Assembly: GCA_950097015.1 (NCBI GenBank)
Contig: CATNEN010000015.1
Location: forward strand, 1,116,001 to 1,180,000
Direction of reading: 5' to 3'
DNA length: 64,000 nucleotides
Source: Macrostomum hystrix
Lineage: Eukaryota > Animalia > Platyhelminthes
Within the stretch, counting starts at the first letter, position 1. Each line of letters opens with the position of its first letter. A program made the translations under genes and the position numbers. Shown here piece after piece: positions 11,059-18,440 of this stretch. Under the pieces are notes generated by a model. The model was not told the origin of the DNA. It saw only the letters and a list, made by a program, of their open reading frames with translations, and did no database searches.

Positions 11059-11686
11059 CTAAAGAGAAAATCAATTAAGTCGTGTCAATTCAATTACACT
11101 AAGAAACTACATCTTTACACAACCTCAGCACAAGTGCAGCTGAGCAGTCTTCCAGTCTGCAGACACCCTCAGCGGACCGATTGAGAAGCGAGAGCTCAAG
11201 GCCGAGCTCACAATGCTCTGAGCACTCCACAGCTTCATGAAGTACCGAGCGAGGATACAGATCAGCCAGCTGAGACCTCACAGATGAGGCTTCCAGTGTG
11301 GCCTCATCTTCCAGCACTACATCCAGCTTGAGGTAGTACATGCTACGGCTGTAGTCATACATGACTGACTCGCTGCTCAAGCTGCTGATGTTGTGGCAGA
11401 GCAGAGGCTCGATGAGTAAGTGGCCCTTGATGTCGAGTCTCTGGTGCACTCGAGCAGTGCAGTTCTCGAGGTTGATCGAGTGGATGAACCGCAGCTGACG
11501 GCATGCCGGAAGAGAGTACTTTTGTCTCACCTCTTCGGGATCAAAGAAGGTCTGGTTCTGCAGCATCGGGCGGTAGCTAATCTGATGGCAGGTGTCGTTC
11601 ACACGAGCCGATGCGGTCAGCATCAGATTGTTTAACACCACCGATGGAGCTGATTGAATTTTTGATCTGCGGACAACGACGTGAGC
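11059..11686 (-). pseudogene. Partial paralogous duplicate of exon 2 (11124-11666) and intron 2 of the fibrinogen-domain gene
   Basis: Roughly 90% identical by eye to 19603-20255; same acceptor GCTCACGTCGTTGTCCGCAG, same donor position, 65-bp intron homologous to the 66-bp intron; no exon 1, 3 or 4 homologue nearby. Confidence 0.8.
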
Positions 11687-11805
11687 TTACACAATAACTA
11701 TGGTACTTTGTGAATAAATAGACCTTTCCGGGAATCATAGCACACGCGACAAAAATTTAAAGCGAAGCAGTGATTTCTTAGAATATAGGGAAATTGCAAT
11801 TGCAT

Positions 11806-12053
11806 TCTGACAGCGCAGGTCCCTGTGTCAGTGGTCTGAAGCCAAAATAGAATTGGTTTTATTCAGTCTGACAGCGCAGGTCCCTGTGTCAGTGGTCTGA
11901 AGCCAAAATAGAATTGGTTTTATTCAGTCTGACAGCGCATGTTCCCTGTGTCAGTGGTCTGAAGCCAAAATAGAATTGGTTTTATTCAGTCTGACAGCGC
12001 ATGTTCCCTGTGTCAGTGGGCTGAAGCCAAAATAGAATTGGTTTTATTCAGTC
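11806..12053. repeat. 61/62-bp tandem repeat, 4 copies
   Basis: TCTGACAGCGCAGGTCCCTGTGTCAGTGGTCTGAAGCCAAAATAGAATTGGTTTTATTCAG repeated. Confidence 0.95.
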
Positions 12054-12118
12054 TTACAGAGATGGGAGAACTGAAATCAGCAAGCGATTCGAGGAAAGTC
12101 CTGCAGATTCCCGCCAAA

Positions 12119-12205
12119 TTTTTCGAGACCGTCCTGCTGTACAATGCCGAGTCGTGGACGCTGACAGCTACGCTGGAGCGGCAGCTGGACTCGGCGCACT
12201 CCGGT
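12119..12205 (+). pseudogene. Small LINE (RTE-like) post-RT fragment
   Basis: FFETVLLYNAESWTLTATLERQLDSAHS resembles the 'LLYGxExWTLT' motif downstream of RT in RTE-type LINEs. Confidence 0.6.
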
Positions 12206-12433
12206 TGTGTAGTGATATGTACTGACTTGCAGCAGCGCGCGTACGCTGAGTACACCGCGCTGGCAGCTGTCTGTTTAACTGCCTGACTATCAATTCATTG
12301 TTCGCGCTATTTTATCACTTCTAATCCTTGCACACAACGTGCCGTCACATAATATACGCTCGTATATATATCGCCTGTTCTCAGGAGCGTGGAGCTGTGA
12401 CTGTTTTCGTTGCCCTCGTGCACTATCACCAGT

Positions 12434-12620
12434 TGTGGTCTAATGTATTTGTGTAGATAGCAAAGCCCGGGGTTAGCACGAAAGCTAGAGCCGCAAACAC
12501 TCTTAACGCGGTCCTCGCAAACAAACAGGTAGAACGAATTGTCTATGGGATATTTAGCTGCAACGGTCAAATACTAGTTTCTATATAATGAAAGTACAAC
12601 ACATATAAAAGTACAACACA
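12434..12620 (-). repeat. 3' LTR (187 bp)
   Basis: Matches 16506-16692 with no difference seen on manual comparison. Confidence 0.97.
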
Positions 12621-12629
12621 TCACCCCCT
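12621..12629 (-). promoter_or_regulatory. Polypurine tract
   Basis: Minus strand AGGGGGTGA immediately precedes the 3' LTR. Confidence 0.75.
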
Positions 12630-12649
12630 GATCTCCGGATCACAAGAGA

Positions 12650-15600
12650 TCAAGGTTCGTAACGGACCGGCGCCGACTTCACCCTATTAGACCGTCGTGG
12701 TTCGGCATCCCGCTCGACAGCTCGCTCCACCCCAGGAGGCTGCGGTTGCGTGTCTGGTGCCGGGCGGACGTCAGCTACGTGACGGGGAAGGCCATCGACC
12801 TCCACCGTAGACCCTTGTCCCTGGCCCGTCACGCGTCCCCTAGGCCACTCGTCGGTGCATCTGACGGCCGGCGGTTTAACAAACACTTCTGTTCCCACTG
12901 GCAGGGTGGGCGTGGGGCGTGGGTTTGCCTCCAAGGTCTCCAAGGCCTCAGGGAGAGACACAGTTGGCGGCTTCCAGTCATAGGTGCTGACCATTCTGCT
13001 GGGCACGCTGTCCTTGCGAGTGCCATCCTTTGGAGCCATGTTGTACCAGAACACCATTTCCAGTACGTCCTTTCCGGTTCTGGCTGCCATCCGCTTAATC
13101 GTCCGATGATTGCGCTCGACTATTCCGTTGCCTGACGGCCGGTGAGCGCAACGGAAGAGGAGCTGCACTCCCCAAGCCTCACAAAACGCACGGACCTCAG
13201 CGGAGCGGAAGGTCGGTGAATTGTCGAGAAGCAGCTGCCAGGGAGGGCCCCGCTCTCGGAACACCTGCACGAGTATCCCGGTAATTGACGCTGTCCGCTC
13301 GTCGGTGAGTTTTCGCCACAGCGAGAATCTGCTCGGCCCGCAGTCAACAATGGACAGATAGCGGTCGTCCTTAAAGTGGGTCACGTCGCAGGCCAAGCGC
13401 CACCAGTTTGCATCCACCTCGAGTCTGCCATGGTCCCAAATCATCGGCGCAGGGTCTACTGACTTGCATCGGATGCAGTTTGCAACGATGCGCTCAACCT
13501 CTTCACGCAGTACCTCACGTTCAGGGAAGCACAGTTTGGCCAGGTAGAGCGTCCTGTCCACCCCGAAGTGGTGCTTCTCGTGGCACGCACGGAGATCCAT
13601 GTCAACGGGGCGCAGCGCCACTGCACAGAAGGGCCGCTGGCGCAGCCACTGTTGCGGTACTCGCGTCAGTGCGTCTGCCTTGTTTGCTGAAGATGGCACC
13701 AGCGATGTCAGTAGCTCGAGCTCGCACTCCGACGCCGTGTCTCGGATTAATGATAGCCGTTTCCGAACCAGAGCTTCACCGAGACCTTTGACTCGCACGG
13801 GCTTATCGCCGACAATCAAAGACTGGAGCCAGCCGTGCACGGTTGCAGAATCAGTCAACACTTCAACTTTCCTCGTACCCCAAGCGAGGGCAAGGTTGAT
13901 ACCCTTGAGGACCGCCTCAAGTTCGGCAAGATTGATGTGCGCAGCGTCGTCTTGTTTTCGCAACCACGAGGCGTCCTCCACGATTACGCCACCAATTTCG
14001 ATGACGGCTCCAATGGCGATGGTGCTGGCGTCGCACCAGACGCGACAGCGCGAAGTCTCGTCAACGGTCCACACCCCAGCGACAGGATCTCGTTCCTGGA
14101 CCATTTCGCTGATTTCTTGGGCGATCCGCATGGCAGACTCGCTGACGATAGCGTCCCACGCGATTGTGCTGGTGACCCGCTTCAAGTAGCTGCATGCGAC
14201 ACGCAGCCATGCGGCGACGGGGAAATGGCCTACTAGCTGGCCGCACCAGGAGAATAGTTGCCGTCGTGTTGCTGGACCTTTCAACTGAGAGAGGACATTG
14301 TCTCGTTTCCAGCAAATGACCCCATCCTCTCGACGGTAGACGCGGAGGCCGAGCACGCGGCCCCCAATGAGGCTCTCAGGAGGCTTGGCTTCTAGCCCGA
14401 ACCGGGCAAGCAACCCAGTTACGCGTTCATTCGGAATCTTGCTATTGTTCACAATAATGTCGTCAATGTAAGAGTCCGTGGCCTCACGCACGTCGTCTTC
14501 CATCGACAGGACTTTGTTCACAACCGCCGTCATAATTTTTGGCGCCACGTTGAGTCCGAATCCTAACCGGGTGAGACAGTAACGGCGGCCTTTGAACCTC
14601 ACTACTTGGTAGCGCCAGAGACTGGGGTCCAATCGCAGTTGTAGGTAGGCCTTCCGCAGGTCGATGATACTCGCATTCTCACCGAGCCGCCGCCAGGCCC
14701 GGAGCTTGGCGCCGCACACGACGCTTTCGGCGGTGTGGCTTGACACGTACTGGTTCAACTCGCGATAGTCGAGTACAGGCCGCACCTTTGCTTTGTTGGT
14801 CTGCACCACTGCCATCAGAGGGATGACGCCGTCACTGTCACCTTCGAACGGTAGCAGCCAACCTCGCTGAATCCATTCTTTTATCTCTGACTCATACTCG
14901 CCTACCGCCTCTGGTGGGACTCGGTATTGAGCTATCGTATTTGACAGTAGTGGGGCCTCATCCAGCCACTTCCATGCCACTGTCCACTCTCCATCGATAA
15001 ACTTAGCAGAGAAGTCTTTTTCCTCAAGCACCAGGCACGCCTCGGTTAAAGTATTTTTCGCAAGCCTCGCTCCTCTTGCCGGACAGCTCACAGGTGACTC
15101 GACCTCTCCTGCCGGACAGCTCACAGGTGACTCGACCTCTCCTGCCGGACAGCTCACAGGTGACTCGACCTCTCCTGCCGGACAGCTCACAGGTGACTCG
15201 ACCTCTCCTGCCGGACAGCTCACAGGTGACTCGACCTCTCCTGCCGGACAGCTCACAGGTGACTCGACCTCTCCTGCCGGACAGCTCACAGGTGACTCGA
15301 CCTCTCCTGCCAGACAGCTCACAGGTGACTCCGCCTTTGGTTTTGAGAAAGCCTTGGCTACCGCAGCAGTCTCCAGCGCTAATGACTGCTCTTCAATACC
15401 GAAGCGGACACTGCGGCAATCTCGCTTCACAGAGACACCGCCCAATCGGCTGATAGCATCCATCCCAAGCAGCAAATCGAACCCAGGAAGGATGTCCATA
15501 ACGATACATCGCAGCACTGGTAATTGGTGGCCTCGAACAGACAAAGTAACGTCAGCCTCCCATTCACATTCTGCTGAGTCACCATTCATCATCGTGACCC

Positions 15601-15780
15601 TCTCGTGAACGGGACGTTTTTTAACTCCAGTAACTCGTGAAGAAACGATGGACCGCGAACAACCAGTATCTACTAAAGCAGTAACGACCAAACTATTAAC
15701 ATGAACACTTAACGATGGTAGGTGCGCCGGTGCACAAGGAAGCCCGTTGGCGCAAACATTCCGCGCTTCCATCACTCGTT
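12650..15780 (-). CDS. pol: Gypsy Pol (protease, RT, RNase H, integrase), probably reached by -1 frameshift from gag
   Basis: ALVDTGCS (PR); VRPVLDYRELN, IIDLRKAYLQL, LGFGL, YIDD (RT); CDAS..LAELEAV..LTDS..NKADALTR (RNase H); HEKHH..CIRC, CDVTH, LLDNS, GIVERNHR (integrase). ORF 12650-15916 is open throughout. Confidence 0.95.
15078..15331 (-). repeat. In-frame 33-bp minisatellite in pol encoding (ESPVSCPAGEV)x~8
   Basis: Seven full units plus a partial unit of GCCGGACAGCTCACAGGTGACTCGACCTCTCCT; eight ESPVSC motifs between protease and RT. Confidence 0.97.
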
Positions 15781-15784
15781 TTTT
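15723..15784 (-). promoter_or_regulatory. Candidate -1 ribosomal frameshift signal (A AAA AAC plus downstream structure)
   Basis: Gag ends CAA AAA AAC GAG TGA; pol is in the -1 frame; 7-nt spacer, then GGAAGC/GCTTCC and TGCGCC/GGCGCA pairings. Confidence 0.75.
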
Positions 15785-16482
15785 TGAAAATCGGCGCGCT
15801 GCGGGCATCGAGCAGCCACATGTCCCGCTTTTCCACAAACAAAACAACCTTGATTCGCTCGGTTGCGTTCCATGCACTCTTTGCTCACATGGCCCTCCTT
15901 GCCGCACGAGTAGCACGACATCACTTTGTTGCGTGGGGCGAACTTTCCAGCGCTTCGCGCATTTCCTGCGCTCGAGACAACACAGCAGGACTCGCGACTG
16001 ATCGTTAAGTTTCTAGCTTTCTCCGCTAGTTCATGGAGTTCGAGCTCTTTTAGAGAGCAGGAAGCGATCAGCTGCTGACTGACGGTTGCTGGAAGCCCGC
16101 GGACGAATGCGCATTTGATCCATTCTTCCCCGGGGATCTCGTCCACTAGGCGTGCAAGCCTCGTGAGATCCGCGAGAAAAACGTCCACGGACTCCCCGGG
16201 GCCGAGCCTGCGTGACACGAACTCGTCGTATGCTTTGTACTTGTTTGGGCAGAACGCTGAGGTAAGAGCCGCTTTCAGAGTTTTGTAGTCCGACTTGCTT
16301 TCCTCGTTTAGTGCCTGGTACACGGCGAACGCACCTCCCGATAGAAATAGTGGGATGAAAGCAGCCAGGTCATTCACTTTTTGGAGCTTGGCAACGAGTT
16401 CGAGCTTCTGTGCCCAGCGCGAAAAATCCTCTTCACCGTCGTACTGCTTGATTATGTCGCTGAATTTGACTGCGCTTGCCAT
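15772..16482 (-). CDS. gag: Gypsy Gag (236 aa) with two CCHC zinc knuckles
   Basis: First ATG after the LTR at 16482 (MASAVKFSDIIKQYDGEEDF...); CYSCGKEGHVSKEC and CFVCGKAGHVAARC. Confidence 0.93.
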   Translation of the reverse strand: MASAVKFSDIIKQYDGEEDFSRWAQKLELVAKLQKVNDLAAFIPLFLSGGAFAVYQALNEESKSDYKTLKAALTSAFCPNKYKAYDEFVSRRLGPGESVDVFLADLTRLARLVDEIPGEEWIKCAFVRGLPATVSQQLIASCSLKELELHELAEKARNLTISRESCCVVSSAGNARSAGKFAPRNKVMSCYSCGKEGHVSKECMERNRANQGCFVCGKAGHVAARCPQRADFQKNE

Positions 16483-16493
16483 CGTTGCGTATT

Positions 16494-16505
16494 GCCGCGA
16501 TAGCT
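16494..16505 (-). promoter_or_regulatory. Non-canonical primer-binding site AGCTATCGCGGC
   Basis: Directly abuts the 5' LTR and lacks TGG; its complement GCCGCGATAGCT fits tRNA nt 1-12 (7-nt acceptor strand, T8, A9, G10, C11, T12). Confidence 0.55.
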
Positions 16506-16692
16506 TGTGGTCTAATGTATTTGTGTAGATAGCAAAGCCCGGGGTTAGCACGAAAGCTAGAGCCGCAAACACTCTTAACGCGGTCCTCGCAAACAAACAG
16601 GTAGAACGAATTGTCTATGGGATATTTAGCTGCAACGGTCAAATACTAGTTTCTATATAATGAAAGTACAACACATATAAAAGTACAACACA
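16506..16692 (-). repeat. 5' LTR (187 bp)
   Basis: TG...CA termini; minus-strand TATATAG TATA-like box about 35 nt from the LTR start. Confidence 0.97.
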
Positions 16693-18024
16693 CCAGTCTA
16701 GAGTTATTTCACCTTCAAAATTGATTAGCATATCATGCGAATGTGCCTGCATCAACTCCGTCTTCTGTGTCACCAACCTTTATCTAGACGGACTGAACCC
16801 CAAGGACTCAACAGGTAGAACAATGCTATTATGAACACCCTGACGCGAATTTCTCGAATTTCACTGATCTAGCCTAAATATAACCACTCAACGCTGTTAG
16901 CAATGGGGCGCTGCCAAAAGATTTCAGGGCTGGAAGTCCCACATATTAGAAGAATGGCTTAGTAGTCCTACTCTTACAAGTGTGTTTTCAACGTATCTGC
17001 ACCTGCAAAAGCAGTTGCACTTCTCGAAGGCGCAGATACTGCAGGGAATCGTTGACCTGCCCCATGAAACCACCACTTGTTCGTCCCCATCCTGGACTCA
17101 CAGGATAACAGATCCGAATCCTGGACTCACGGGATCCCAAATCGCCATTCTGGAATCCCATTCCCATATTGGGCCATCTGACGAGCTGGGGGCTGCGGGG
17201 CGGTGGGGGCGTGGGGTGGCTGGCTGCGCGGCCCGTTTTAAGCCCTTGCACTCCTACCGTTTCACCTCTGCCGCGATTTGTTAATTTTTTCTAAATCTGT
17301 TTAATTCTCTGTTTAAATTTCTGATTCGCCAAATATACACCGCATTCGTTCCAATCCATTGGGGATCTTTTGTTCGGCCGCTGCCTGCCTTTCGCACTCG
17401 CTGTCTTCCTCGCTTTGGTCCCTCCGTTGTGTTTAATATTATTTTATTTTATTTGTTATTAGTATTTTTCAATAAATATTTTTATACTATTATTATATTT
17501 ATCGCATGCTACCCCACACCGAAATACCCATGCCAACTTGTTTTGAGAGTTCAATTCTCTCAAAATTTCGTCTCTGCAAATCACAAACGAAAATATAATA
17601 GCTAATTTTTTTAATTCTAGAAAAATTAAGGATTTTAAAGCAGTATTTGACAAGCAGTTTCATTATACAAGTATTTGTCCCAAAATTAGCTGTGAGCTGA
17701 CTTCAATAGCCGCAGATCAATACTAAAACAGGAGGGTGAATGAGCAGTGTGCGTATAATTCTGAATATATTTAATCCAATCTTACTAAATCACGCAGCAG
17801 TATGATCTCATCGAGACATTTATATTTTTGAGCTCTGACCTTTACTTCAATTGTGCATACAGTAAGGTAATTAAATTGTAATTTCCTCCTGTACTCATGC
17901 TGTTATTGTTGCAGATAAGTCAGGAAACACATTGTTACAGCACAGTGGAAATCGAGTTGCCACTGGCTGCAGCGGAGAAGTTTGATTTCATGCGGTCCTT
18001 GGCTGATTCCTCAGCTGCTGCTGG

Positions 18025-18440
18025 TCATAGCTCCAGCAGAAGCCGCACTGAGCGGAGAGTCAAAGCCTCGGAGCCTCCTGTGCCCCATACCATGTAGCCC
18101 CAGTCTGCGGCCTCCGTAAACGGAAAGAATCCGTTTGGATTGAATTTGAGGCACCACCACCAGTAGAACCACCACCCTGCCTTGCCACGATATCTCGAGC
18201 ACGATCCGTCATTGTCGCTGTCCATGGTGTAGAAGCGTGCTCCTTTGCTCTTCTCCATAGCATCGAATTCGACATTGGACCTCTTCCTCAGCATCTCTCG
18301 GTACGTCATCTCATATTTGGTGCTGGCGTTTCCCACCTGGAATCCAGCATACTCAGCATGCAGCTCAGTCCCATTCCACAGCTTCATCTCCACTCTGAGT
18401 GTGGCACCGCCTGCGCTCAGCGAGTGGATGGCGGAGAGAC
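18025..18440 (-). CDS. Exon 4: C-terminal part of the fibrinogen domain
   Basis: LSAIHSL..LRVEMKLWNGTELHAEYAGFQVGNASTKYEM..FYTMDSDNDGSC..GWW..C..NPNG..VW; acceptor CCCCGCAG. Confidence 0.9.

Larger units (their letters stand above)
12434..16692 (-). mobile_element. Intact, recently inserted Ty3/Gypsy LTR retrotransposon (4,259 bp), TSD CCAGT
   Basis: 187-bp LTRs with TG...CA ends that appear identical; CCAGT at 12429-12433 and 16693-16697; uninterrupted gag and pol; PPT present. Confidence 0.97.

Noticed and set aside
12307-12570. Duplicate small ORFs MTVAAKYPIDNSF... (also 16433-16642)
   Set aside because: They arise from the identical LTR sequences and have no protein features.
12746-15608. 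Antisense and alternate-frame ORFs over the Gypsy pol, including the PLLPDSSQVTR repeat ORF 15076-15453
   Set aside because: These are shadows of a GC-rich coding strand and of the 33-bp repeat, with no independent motifs.
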